Shown here: piece by piece, positions 1 through 8,361 of the stretch | How the letters are laid out: each line of letters starts with the position of its first letter | How positions within the stretch are numbered: position 1 is the stretch's first letter | Source of the DNA: a virus | Lineage: Duplodnaviria > Caudoviricetes | Reading direction: 5' to 3' (one strand) | Length of the DNA: 61,697 nucleotides | IMG/VR virus record: IMGVR_UViG_3300002485_000002 | Span: 1-61,697 of that record | The notes under the pieces: generated by a model | What the model saw: only the letters and a program-made list of their open reading frames with translations | Databases searched by the model: none | What the model was told of the DNA's origin: nothing | Program-made: the position numbers and the translations under genes

Positions 1-73
1 AAGCGCCCGGCCTCCCACTCATCGGCCCGCCACAGGGTCGAATAGACATTGGCCCCCGTCCGCCAGGCCGCCC
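1..73. repeat. Terminal direct repeat (assembly overlap), identical to 61625-61697
   Basis: aagcgcccgg...gccaggccgccc is identical at both ends; a reading frame is continuous across the join. Confidence 0.97.
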
Positions 74-560
74 GGCGGACGTCGATGATTGGCTGGCCTC
101 CCTGAGCAGGCAACTCGAACCGCCCATCGGCAGGAGCGGGATTCACGGAAATCAGATCGCGTCGCAAATCGGAGGCGGTCTCGAACAGGAACTGGTTGCG
201 ACGACGCTGGATGGCCGCTACCACTTCGGCGGCGGTATATTGATCGGTCCCGCTCCAGCCGGTCTGGTTCAGCGGTTCCAGGAAGTGATACTGAATCTCG
301 CTCAGGATCATCCGGTCGGTCACCGTGTAGTTGAGGGCCGCTATCAACGTGGTGAGGTCGTACCACATGGTTCCCACGGCGGTCGAGAACGTGTGGCGGT
401 CCCTCCAGCGGTAGGCGGCGGCCTGCCATACCCGCATGGCCTCGGCCAAGTATGCGCCGACCTCCGAGTAGGTCGCGCTGTCAGTCCAGAAGACGGTGTC
501 GCCCAGCCGGTCTTGCAGGGCTTGCTTCAAGGCTAGAAAAGTAGTGTGCGTGTAGGGCAA
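1..560 (-). CDS. 5' part of an origin-spanning gene, join(560..1, 61624..60835), ~449 aa; probable head-tail adaptor / tail tubular protein
   Basis: TTG at 560 after GGGAGG; MPYTHTTFLALKQALQDRLGDTVFWTD...; open to position 1 and continues in frame into the 60835 ORF; position in the tail module. Confidence 0.7.
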   Translation of the reverse strand, partial: MPYTHTTFLALKQALQDRLGDTVFWTDSATYSEVGAYLAEAMRVWQAAAYRWRDRHTFSTAVGTMWYDLTTLIAALNYTVTDRMILSEIQYHFLEPLNQTGWSGTDQYTAAEVVAAIQRRRNQFLFETASDLRRDLISVNPAPADGRFELPAQGGQPIIDVRRAAWRTGANVYSTLWRADEWEAGR

Positions 561-578
561 GCCCGGCCTCCCGTCTGA

Positions 579-731
579 TTACTTGTTGTGATCCTTGGAG
601 GAAACCAAGCCCGCTGCCGCTACAAACTGCCAGATCGTATCCTTGATCGGCTTGTTCTCGATAAAGGAGTTATACAACCCGGACAGGGCAAGAAGCAGCC
701 CTGCCGCGCTGGTCTTCCAGTTGGTGAACAC
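579..731 (-). CDS. Holin-like small membrane protein (50 aa, not in ORF track)
   Basis: GTG start after purine-rich RBS; MFTNWKTSAAGLLLALSGLY...QFVAAAGLVSSKDHNK; NWKT..G / GL...KD pattern of small phage holin-like proteins. Confidence 0.55.
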   Translation of the reverse strand: MFTNWKTSAAGLLLALSGLYNSFIENKPIKDTIWQFVAAAGLVSSKDHNK

Positions 732-746
732 TTTTTTTCTCCTTTC

Positions 747-935
747 CTATCTCTTGCCTGCCGCTAAGTCCGGCTCGATTGAGATTTCCTTGGCGACCGG
801 AAGCTGGTCCTCATAGATCTTCAGCTTCGGGGCGTTCGGCGATGAAGTCCCGCCGCCTTTAAGCTGCGCGGCGGCTCCGGCGGGCGGAGACGCCAGCGGC
901 TCCATCGGGCCGACTACGAAGTTGTTTTTCGGCAT
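747..935 (-). CDS. Hypothetical protein
   Basis: AAGGAG RBS before MPKNNFVVGP. Confidence 0.55.
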   Translation of the reverse strand: MPKNNFVVGPMEPLASPPAGAAAQLKGGGTSSPNAPKLKIYEDQLPVAKEISIEPDLAAGKR

Positions 936-1106
936 TCCGTTTCTCCTTTCTACATGCGTCGCAGTAGCGACGCCCATCTTTTAGCCACCGGAGGCATTCA
1001 GCGCAGCGGCGGCTCATATCGGGCGCTGCCGGAAGCGGCGGCCCACTGGGATGGGCACGCGGCGTCCGCCAGCGGAGGATGTCAAGGTCTCTTGCTATTG
1101 TGTCTG

Positions 1107-2027
1107 TCATATGGCGTGCCTCTGCAACCACGCCGCGTCGAAGAACGGCCACGGAGCCATCCCTGGTGGATAGCTGAACTCCTGCATGTTCGTTTCTTCG
1201 TCCTGGCGCTCCAGTTCCGCAATCATCCGCTCCGCCCTGGCGTCGTGCATTGATGCCAATTGGATCGAGAAGTAAGGATTGGGGTTGTCCTTCGACGGAC
1301 CCGGCCATCGGGCCGCCATCGCCAGCGCCGTCTCGATTAGCAGGTCGCCCCGGATGTAGCGTGGCAAGGTAGCGGCGGCGTCGCTGATGTCGGTCGGGCG
1401 GGCCTCATAAAGAAATGGGTAGACATATGCCGCCTTTTGGTGGGGCCATAGCTCGAAGCGGGGCAGCGGCGGACTCGTAGTATCGTAAGTCCAGGGCGAC
1501 AATAAGTAAGCATTGCCCGAGTTAGAGCGTTGAGCGTCGGCGTCGTTGATCGTTTCTTGCGCGATGTTCAAATGAAGCTGCCAATTCAGGCGCGGGTCCC
1601 AAACGGCGATAAAGGCGTGGAAGTCGCTTGGGGCGGTGACATAGGCTTGCCAGATTTCATAGCTCTGTCCGCCGGCGGTAGCGCTTCCCCAGACGGCCTC
1701 GATCGTCATGCTAATGCCGCTGGCGACGGCGGTGATCGTATAGATCGGAGAGGAGACCGAGGTTCGGAACTGCCGCCCGATCATCGCCGATGTCCAGGCC
1801 GTGCCGCTCCCCGTGACAGTCGCGCTGTTTAGAGTGACGGTGACAGTCCCGGTGTTGTAGACAGCCGGGATGATGAACTGGCCGTAACGCCAGAGCCAGG
1901 ACCAGCGGCGCCGCTCGGCAACTTGCCGGAAGGCCCGCTTGACCCAATTTTGCGCCAGTAGCGGCCCGGCCAGCGGGACATAGCCGATAACCTCGTTCCA
2001 GACGACGCTAAAGGTATCGAGAGCCAC
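1107..2027 (-). CDS. Head-tail adaptor / connector-like protein with an inserted beta segment
   Basis: Helical N-terminus (NWVKRAFRQVAERRRWSWL), GTVTVTLNSATVTGSGT segment, ELWP...YPFLY...LP..I..DLLI pattern; downstream of the capsid. Confidence 0.65.
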   Translation of the reverse strand: MALDTFSVVWNEVIGYVPLAGPLLAQNWVKRAFRQVAERRRWSWLWRYGQFIIPAVYNTGTVTVTLNSATVTGSGTAWTSAMIGRQFRTSVSSPIYTITAVASGISMTIEAVWGSATAGGQSYEIWQAYVTAPSDFHAFIAVWDPRLNWQLHLNIAQETINDADAQRSNSGNAYLLSPWTYDTTSPPLPRFELWPHQKAAYVYPFLYEARPTDISDAAATLPRYIRGDLLIETALAMAARWPGPSKDNPNPYFSIQLASMHDARAERMIAELERQDEETNMQEFSYPPGMAPWPFFDAAWLQRHAI

Positions 2028-2068
2028 AGTTCTCCTGTGCTAACCGGGCGACTGCCATCGAGCGACGT

Positions 2069-2311
2069 TCACCGCCCGATAACAGTCACCAGAACATTGG
2101 TCTCGGCCCCGGCCGTCTGAAACGTGACCGTGCCGCCGGAGATGGTCGCCCCCATAGCCGAGTTGCTGGACGGCGTACAGGAGACCGTCTCGATACGCTT
2201 CAGCTTACTGTCGAACGTATCGGCGTCGGCGGCGATGTCCACCTGGGCTAAGACCAACCGCTGATTCCCGATCACCGAGTCCCGCCTGCGATCTACCGTA
2301 ACGGCTGCCAT
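2069..2311 (-). CDS. Small virion structural protein
   Basis: GGAGG RBS; beta-rich, 80 aa, in the head module. Confidence 0.55.
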   Translation of the reverse strand: MAAVTVDRRRDSVIGNQRLVLAQVDIAADADTFDSKLKRIETVSCTPSSNSAMGATISGGTVTFQTAGAETNVLVTVIGR

Positions 2312-2320
2312 AGTTCCTCC

Positions 2321-2857
2321 CTACGGGATCGGGGTGATCCGTAAATCGACGTTGATGTTGCCGCCAGAGGCCGCACCGCGCATGACGCCGACTTCTTGAT
2401 AGGTCAGGGATGAGCCGACGGCTATGTTGGTTACGTCCTGCGACGAACCCGAATTAGCGATCGCCGACTGGCCGACGCCGCCGTTGCCGTCCGACTTCAC
2501 GGGGTAGTTGTCCCCGCGTTGCAGGATAAAGCAGTAGTTTCCGGCAGTCACGGCATAACGGAAGACCCCGGCGACTTGATTGCGCCAAGCGTTTGCGGTC
2601 TGACCGCCGATGGCTTGAGCGCCGTCGTTGGTTACCAGGTAACTATTCTTGTCCTTCCAGAATGCCAACTGGTTGGCGGCAACCGCTCCTGCTGCGGCGG
2701 CAACCGCCCCTGAATCGCACCGCACGAGTTGATAGCTGCGATCGACATAGTCGAGCGCCATTCCCAGCTCTCCCTCGCGGTACAGCGTCGAGTCATTCAG
2801 CGTGTCCGGGTTTCCGGTCGTGATATAGAGAGTTTGAACCGTTCTTGCGTTAGGCAT
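2321..2857 (-). CDS. Putative capsid decoration/cement protein
   Basis: Directly after the MCP with AGGAGG RBS; YQLV.../AVTAGNYCFILQRG pattern of post-capsid decoration proteins. Confidence 0.6.
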   Translation of the reverse strand: MPNARTVQTLYITTGNPDTLNDSTLYREGELGMALDYVDRSYQLVRCDSGAVAAAAGAVAANQLAFWKDKNSYLVTNDGAQAIGGQTANAWRNQVAGVFRYAVTAGNYCFILQRGDNYPVKSDGNGGVGQSAIANSGSSQDVTNIAVGSSLTYQEVGVMRGAASGGNINVDLRITPIP

Positions 2858-2867
2858 CGTCTCCTCC

Positions 2868-3816
2868 TCAGCCGGTGATCCGGTACATCTGACGGTGGTA
2901 GCGCGGCGCGAAGGTTACCTGGACGGCGGCCAACACCTGACCGGCGACCTTGGTATTGCCTTGGCTGGGCTTCCAGCCGGTGAACCCCAAGCCGAAGTCG
3001 GGGTCGGTGGACATGTAGAAGTTCATAAACGGCTTGCGGGCATTGATCCAAAAGAAGGTTTCCGATGGAGTGGTGCCGGCGGGATAGCCCCCAACCGGGG
3101 CCGGGTACGCTGTCAGCGCTCCAAGCGACATCTCCCGCATGAAGGTGACGGCTACGGGGTCGTTCGTGCCGTTTGACTGGAACAGGTGGGTGCCCGGACA
3201 GTAGCGGCTGGCGATGACGGTAGCGCCGTTGAAAAGGAATCCCCTGAAGCCGATCTTCGGATCGACCGTATCGACAAACCGTTGCTGCGGCTGGAACTTC
3301 TCCTTGATGAAGCTGCGGCAGATCACCGTAGTGACCCCAAGGTTCGGCTCCAGATTGCCGAAGGTGGCATTGCCAAACTCCTCCTCCAGCGTGTTGTACT
3401 CGATGGTCCCGTTCACGTCATTCGGAGCGGAGTTGAGCACGGTCCCGACAGCCCCGCCGCGTGTGATCGTGCCGTAGGTTGGGTACGTGTTGCCGTCCCA
3501 CGATGCGGTCACGTTGTTGTTCAGCGCCTCCGGCAGACCGTTGAAGTTGGCCGTGTAGTTGGCGTTGATTCCGTTGAGGAACATCCCGATTTCCATGTGC
3601 GCGCCGATCGAGGCGTAGGCGTTCTGCATCCGGCTGTCGATCAGCCGGAAAGCCGCCGCCGGGCCGGTGTTGAGAACCTGGGTTTCCTCTTTCGAGAGCG
3701 TGACGTTGACCTGAAAGAACCGCATGGTGAACTGAAGCTGCTGCTCAACTTGCGGCTCGGTAATGTCGAACTCCTTGCCGATGTGATACGGCCCGCCGAT
3801 CAGGCCGTTGTACCAG
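2868..3816 (-). CDS. Major capsid protein, exon 2 (spliced product 368 aa, HK97-like fold inferred)
   Basis: Joins exon 1 in frame (...GENF|WYNGLIGGPY...); FNGL, GFRGFLFNGATV, FFWIN and C-terminal PRYH...ITG motifs; follows the scaffold gene. Confidence 0.88.
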
Positions 3817-4490
3817 CGATCTGTTACTTGATGACCTGCTTCTATTGAAGCAGGCGGCTGCCCATTTCTGGACAACTCTCACGGTTGTCATTCCCGTGAG
3901 ACCGGACTATCGCACCATCCAGCAGTGCTTCCGCCGCTGGAGCCTTCTCGCTTAGTCTCTCAGCCTGCAAGGCACGCCCTCCGTTGAGTTCAACCAATGC
4001 CGCCCAAATCATTCGCCGCTGGTCGTAAATCTCTTGTGGTATCGGGCAGTATCTTCCAAGTTTGGTATGAGGCGCTCGGCTTACTTCACTGAAGTCCATC
4101 ACAAGTTCAGCTTGCCGTCGCTTAACAACCAGATATGGAAGCAGAAGGCGTAAGGCAGTGCGGGCAGATTCTCCAAAAACCCGCCATTGCCATATACCCT
4201 TGTGGTCGTTCTCGCGGAAGTTGATCCGACCGCCGAACATCTTCTGTAACCGTGCAACTGGTTCAGGATGAATCTGCGCGGCATCCAGCATGATGCGGTA
4301 ATATATCCGACGATGTACCTTGTTGAAATTTCTGGTCACTCCAACATAGCCCTCACCGTCGATAAAACCAGCCGCCCACGCTAGTTGAATCGGTTCAATT
4401 GCCAGCTTGGCCCCTGTTTGCATCTCAGCATCCAAGTCAATCAGAGAAGGTTTTTTGCATTCACGTTACCGTGAAGGAACTCCGTAGTTG
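3817..4490 (-). mobile_element. Group I self-splicing intron (674 nt) in the major capsid gene
   Basis: P1 GAACUU/GAGUUC with U.G at the 5' splice site; P2 UUCACG-GUAA-CGUGAA; P3 CCUUCUC(4450-4444)/GAGAAGG(3949-3943); P7 GACUA(3957-3953)/UAGUC(3909-3905); P9 hairpins; terminal G at 3817; removal restores the frame. Confidence 0.92.
3842..4435 (-). CDS. Intron-encoded single-motif LAGLIDADG homing endonuclease
   Basis: LAWAAGFIDGEG motif, LQKMFGG, LLPYLVVKRRQAEL; lies inside the intron. Confidence 0.9.
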   Translation of the reverse strand: MDAEMQTGAKLAIEPIQLAWAAGFIDGEGYVGVTRNFNKVHRRIYYRIMLDAAQIHPEPVARLQKMFGGRINFRENDHKGIWQWRVFGESARTALRLLLPYLVVKRRQAELVMDFSEVSRAPHTKLGRYCPIPQEIYDQRRMIWAALVELNGGRALQAERLSEKAPAAEALLDGAIVRSHGNDNRESCPEMGSRLLQ

Positions 4491-4648
4491 AAGTTCTCCC
4501 CTATAAGCCGCCCACCGGGAAAGTCCTCCCTCACGTTGAGTTTGGCGTAGGCAACCACGGGGCCGCCCTGAAACGCCATGTCAACTAGTTTGGGATTGGC
4601 TCTGATGTATCGGTGAGTGGCAGTCGTTAATTGGTTTAACTCTGCCAT
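4491..4648 (-). CDS. Major capsid protein, exon 1
   Basis: AGGAG RBS; MAELNQLTTATHRYI...LVD..F...P..GG..I capsid N-arm pattern. Confidence 0.88.
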
Positions 4649-4664
4649 GCGTTGTGTCTCCTAA

Positions 4665-5456
4665 CTAGGTGGAAGGCTCCGGCCCTGTGCCGGGCTTCCA
4701 GTTGTCCCACCCTTCCAGGAAACCAGCGCGAGCGAAACGCTCCTGCTCAAGCTCGGATACGCCCTCTTTAGGAGCCTCGCGGTCGTAGAAGGTGTGGAAT
4801 GGTTTGGGGCCGGTTTCGATAGGCAGTTTGTTGCGGGAGGCGTAGTCTCGTACAGCTTCTTCACGCTCTCTCTTGATGCGCTCGTTCATGGCTGCCTCTC
4901 GGTCGGCCTCCTGCTTCTGCCTCTGGGAGTCCAGCTTGGGAGTAACGTAGAGTTCGTAGGCCCGATCCATGTCAGTGATCTTGCGATCGAGCGCAAACTT
5001 TTCCAACTCCCTCGTGTCCAAAGGCGCCCCGAAGCGGTGAAGATGGTCCTGCGCGATGCGTAGTCCGTTGTGGAGCAGGTTGGTGTAGGCTTGATCGCGC
5101 ACGGCAAACAATTGTTCGACCTCTTGCCGGGTAAGGACATTCGCGCCGTTGTTAGCCGCTTGCTGCCCTTCCAACGGGCCGTAGAGTTGCTCGTACCGCT
5201 TGAGCGTCTCGATGCCCGCAAGGTTGGTCTTGTAAGCCTGATCGGCCTTGCCATACCACTCCGCCAATGTTTTCTTCTCCCCGGCGAGTTCATCCATCTT
5301 CCGGCTGTAATCGTCGTGGCGCATCAGCGGATCGGTTGCTCCCGCTACGAACTTGTCGTTATCGAAAGCCTTCAGGACCGCATCTTTCTGGGCGTCTTCC
5401 AGCCCCGCGTCCTGAGCCAGCTTCGTAAAGTACGTTTTCGCTTCTTCCCGCGTCAT
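4665..5456 (-). CDS. Putative capsid scaffolding protein
   Basis: Helical, charged 263 aa with DYSRKM.EL motif; immediately upstream of the MCP; GGGAGG RBS. Confidence 0.7.
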   Translation of the reverse strand: MTREEAKTYFTKLAQDAGLEDAQKDAVLKAFDNDKFVAGATDPLMRHDDYSRKMDELAGEKKTLAEWYGKADQAYKTNLAGIETLKRYEQLYGPLEGQQAANNGANVLTRQEVEQLFAVRDQAYTNLLHNGLRIAQDHLHRFGAPLDTRELEKFALDRKITDMDRAYELYVTPKLDSQRQKQEADREAAMNERIKREREEAVRDYASRNKLPIETGPKPFHTFYDREAPKEGVSELEQERFARAGFLEGWDNWKPGTGPEPST

Positions 5457-5556
5457 TCAGGTTCCTCCCAAACTGCCAGCGCCTTCCGCAGAAGCGGAGC
5501 CAGCACCTAGTTAGGAGAGTGGATCGCCCGCTCGGGCGAATCCAGTCCCTTCGGGG
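5457..5556 (-). promoter_or_regulatory. Structured 5' leader of the scaffold-capsid transcript
   Basis: Hairpin UGGAUUCGCCCG-AG-CGGGCGAUCCA; segment 5504-5518 is complementary to the capsid RBS region 4657-4671. Confidence 0.6.
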
Positions 5557-5560
5557 TAGA

Positions 5561-5589
5561 ACAATACATCAAGTAAATGGTTTTGTAAA
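5561..5589 (-). promoter_or_regulatory. Sigma70-type promoter TTTACA-17-TATTGT
   Basis: Intergenic AT-rich stretch; same -10 as the promoters at 6273 and 16637. Confidence 0.6.
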
Positions 5590-5600
5590 GAGGGGGGAAG

Positions 5601-5966
5601 CTAGGTTGGCTGGCCGGGGGGTCCGCCGCCCATGCCTAGCATCGGAGGTCCGGGGGGCGGCGGGGCAGTCGGCGAGGCTGGCTGTACGGCCTCCGCCATC
5701 GCCTGAGCGACAAGCTGTTGCACAGCGGCGGACAATTGGCTCATCGGCGCGGCCAGCATGGGGAGAACCGATCCGAGGGCCTGGGCCGATTGGACAAGCT
5801 GTTGCGTAAACTGGAGGGCCATGATCTGAGGAGAGCGAGCCGGGCCTGCGCCTTCCGGCGACCCCATCATGATTGACCGGGACGGACGGGGCGTAGGGGC
5901 GGGAGGCCCGGCATCGAGGGAGACTCCAGGCGGAGGAAGCGGGTGCATCGCAGTCATGGCGTCCAC
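5601..5966 (-). CDS. Pro-rich hypothetical head-module protein
   Basis: AAGGAGGT RBS and GTG start. Confidence 0.6.
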   Translation of the reverse strand: MDAMTAMHPLPPPGVSLDAGPPAPTPRPSRSIMMGSPEGAGPARSPQIMALQFTQQLVQSAQALGSVLPMLAAPMSQLSAAVQQLVAQAMAEAVQPASPTAPPPPGPPMLGMGGGPPGQPT

Positions 5967-6078
5967 GTGGACCTCCTTTACCGCTTGGGGGACTTCAGCG
6001 AGGTGGCCGGGCCGACTACCAGACCCTTGCCGAGTTTCTTGCCGCCGCCCTTGCGGGGAATGCCTTTGCTCATGCCTT

Positions 6079-6264
6079 TCATAAGTGTCCTTTCATTGGA
6101 ATGTCTGCACCGAGTTTTCTGGCCTTGCTAAGCAGGATCGCCTTACGCTGTCGCTCTGCACGGGCCGGTCCATATTTGCGGCGGGTCATGCTGAGGATGC
6201 GCGGGCGGTTGGCCTTGAGCTCGCGCCCGACCCTGCCCAGAATGCGCTCAGACTTGGCGGCCAT
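6079..6264 (-). CDS. Small basic protein
   Basis: QRKAILLSKARK motif typical of small basic podovirus-like proteins; start lies directly after the promoter. Confidence 0.6.
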   Translation of the reverse strand: MAAKSERILGRVGRELKANRPRILSMTRRKYGPARAERQRKAILLSKARKLGADIPMKGHL

Positions 6265-6272
6265 CGGGAGAT

Positions 6273-6301
6273 ACAATACGTCATCAGGATGAAAATGGCA
6301 A
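6273..6301 (-). promoter_or_regulatory. Promoter TTGCCA-17-TATTGT, near-leaderless
   Basis: Followed by ATCTCCCG ATG; GTATTGTATCTCCCG is identical to the copy at 16629-16643. Confidence 0.65.
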
Positions 6302-6309
6302 GTTTCTAT

Positions 6310-7518
6310 TCATGGTACGATCGTCACCCGGCGGCGAACAGTCGAGGCTGGACCGCCAGGCGTGTAGTCCACATAGATGCCCATGAAGTCCGCGTGGGCG
6401 GTGCGCGTGGTAGTGTCTGTCTTGACTACCTCCACCGTTGGCGAGTTGCCAAGCGTGACAGAGGGACTGGCGGTCACCGGGCCGATATGGGTGCGCCAGC
6501 GCGTCGGGAATGTGTCGATGTCTCCCACGTTATCGCCAAAATCAAAACTCTGTCCTGTTTGACCAGAAGGGTTCGCCTGTATCCGAACGGTGCCGGTCTT
6601 GGTTCCTGTGTTAATCCCTTCCCCATCGTTACAGATCGCCATAACCGCGTTGATCGTGTCCGATGCCCCGATGCCGCCGGTCGTGTAGCTCTGCGTATTT
6701 ATGATAACCGCATCCGTACCGCTCTTGCTGGCGGAATTGATCTGGCTAGTATCCGTGTCACTGGCTTCCGCTACGCCCACTGGCGGGATGTTGTCCACGG
6801 CAGGAAATAGCGATGTACCGCCGCCACCGCCGACCCAGGCCCCGTCGGTGTTGTCGGAGATAGGCCGTAGGAGGATGGCTTGGCCTGCCCCCAAGTAAGC
6901 GCTAGAGTCACTTGCGATTGTATCATCAAAGTATATATTGCATGTTGGGAATGTCGCTATACCTCCTACGCCTATCTGCAGAGTATTAAATACTGAAGTG
7001 GGTACCGTAGATGTCGCTTCGGACGCCCACTCTACAGAATCCACCTTGACTCGCATTCCCACGCCGCCAACATTCCACCCGTTATCCCATTCAATTAAAT
7101 GCCACTGGTTGTCGGCAGTTAAAAGATTGGTGCTTGTTGCGGTCACAGTACCATCTGACACTCGTAAAGCACCGGTGGATAATAGGATTATCCTCTGTTT
7201 ATAATTTGCACCGTCAAGTATCGCTAGTATTATAGAATCAGTATCCACCATCGTCGCAATCCGCATATACATGCGAGCTGAGCGAAACAGATTCCTCTCC
7301 GCGCCGCCTGCCGCCAATGACCGAACCCTCACAAAGCCATCGGTGGCTGTAGGATTTACTTGCAGCGCGAAAGCTCCGGTTCTGACCGTTGTTCCCTGAA
7401 TACTTGGAAATCCGCCAATAACAGGAAATTCTCCTAGGCTCCCCATCTCAAAGCCGGTGATGTAGGTGTGCGCCCCCCATGCAGGCAAACAGAGAAGCAA
7501 CAGCGCCAGCAGTTTCAC
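6310..7518 (-). CDS. Beta-rich virion/surface protein with LamG/ConA-like domain and signal-peptide-like N-terminus
   Basis: MKLLALLLLCLPAWGA; DNQWHLIEW...VKVD...LQIG...YFDD pattern. Confidence 0.6.
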   Translation of the reverse strand: MKLLALLLLCLPAWGAHTYITGFEMGSLGEFPVIGGFPSIQGTTVRTGAFALQVNPTATDGFVRVRSLAAGGAERNLFRSARMYMRIATMVDTDSIILAILDGANYKQRIILLSTGALRVSDGTVTATSTNLLTADNQWHLIEWDNGWNVGGVGMRVKVDSVEWASEATSTVPTSVFNTLQIGVGGIATFPTCNIYFDDTIASDSSAYLGAGQAILLRPISDNTDGAWVGGGGGTSLFPAVDNIPPVGVAEASDTDTSQINSASKSGTDAVIINTQSYTTGGIGASDTINAVMAICNDGEGINTGTKTGTVRIQANPSGQTGQSFDFGDNVGDIDTFPTRWRTHIGPVTASPSVTLGNSPTVEVVKTDTTTRTAHADFMGIYVDYTPGGPASTVRRRVTIVP

Positions 7519-7877
7519 CGCCGAACCTCCAGATCCCCGGCCATGTCGTCCGCCAGCGCCTTGGCGTAGCCGTTGTCGGTCTCGCCTATAACGTAGAGCA
7601 CCTTCCGTAGATCCGGCCTGTAGAGCGGCCCCGTCACTTCCAGCCGCCGCATGTCGGGATCATCACCGTTACCCCTACAGATGACGTGCGCCTCCTTGGC
7701 CTTGTCCGCATCCTTGACGCCTGCCTGCCATAGACGCTCCGCAAGTTTGCGAATCGTCGGAGCGATCCTGGCATCTCTCCTACCTTGATCTACGGCCTTG
7801 CGGATCTGGAGCATGTCCGCGCCGTTGTAGCAAATAGCGAAGGCGAAAACCCAAGCGAGATACCGCATCGTTCTCAT
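7515..7877 (-). CDS. Hypothetical protein, paralog of 7874-8227
   Basis: Shared YN..D, DAR, W.AG, DPD.R, Y..A.ADD.A blocks. Confidence 0.65.
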   Translation of the reverse strand: MRTMRYLAWVFAFAICYNGADMLQIRKAVDQGRRDARIAPTIRKLAERLWQAGVKDADKAKEAHVICRGNGDDPDMRRLEVTGPLYRPDLRKVLYVIGETDNGYAKALADDMAGDLEVRR

Positions 7878-8227
7878 GCCGGTGGCCACGGTTGCTGACC
7901 TCCACTCGGTCTTGCAATATCGTCCGCAATCGCCAACATGTAGGAAGCACCGGGGATGCGCGTCCCCACAGCCCGCAAGAGATCAATGAGCTGTTGAATA
8001 TTAACTTGCGGGTGGCTGACTACTACGACCCGTGTGTCGGGATCGCCCGACTGCCATTCCAAAGGAGCAACCGGGGCGGTGGACCAGGCATTCAGGCCCG
8101 CGTTCCAATGACGGTTGGCAACCTGACGCTCTTGATTTGTAAGCCGCGCATCAGTCAGGCTCGTTTGTACGTTGGCGGCGATTGCCGTCAGGTCTTGGTG
8201 GTTGTATAGAATCCCGTAGGTTGCCAT
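7874..8227 (-). CDS. Hypothetical protein, paralog of 7515-7877
   Basis: GGGAGG RBS; ATGA coupling to the next gene. Confidence 0.65.
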   Translation of the reverse strand: MATYGILYNHQDLTAIAANVQTSLTDARLTNQERQVANRHWNAGLNAWSTAPVAPLEWQSGDPDTRVVVVSHPQVNIQQLIDLLRAVGTRIPGASYMLAIADDIARPSGGQQPWPPA

Positions 8228-8361
8228 GTTCAATCCCTCCCACTAGCCGATAGAATCCGTTTCATCGCCATCCTACTTTCTGCGAATTGCAAACACAACT
8301 CTCTTGAGCCGACACCTTTCATACTCGTCCTTCGGCGTTTTCTCCGAAGGGCCTAGCCCGA

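Noticed and set aside
1-73. Biological terminal repeat
   Set aside because: It falls mid-gene and is best explained as assembler overlap.
2868-3875. ORF-track 335-aa protein as the full capsid
   Set aside because: Its first 20 codons are intron sequence; the true N-terminus is exon 1 at 4648.
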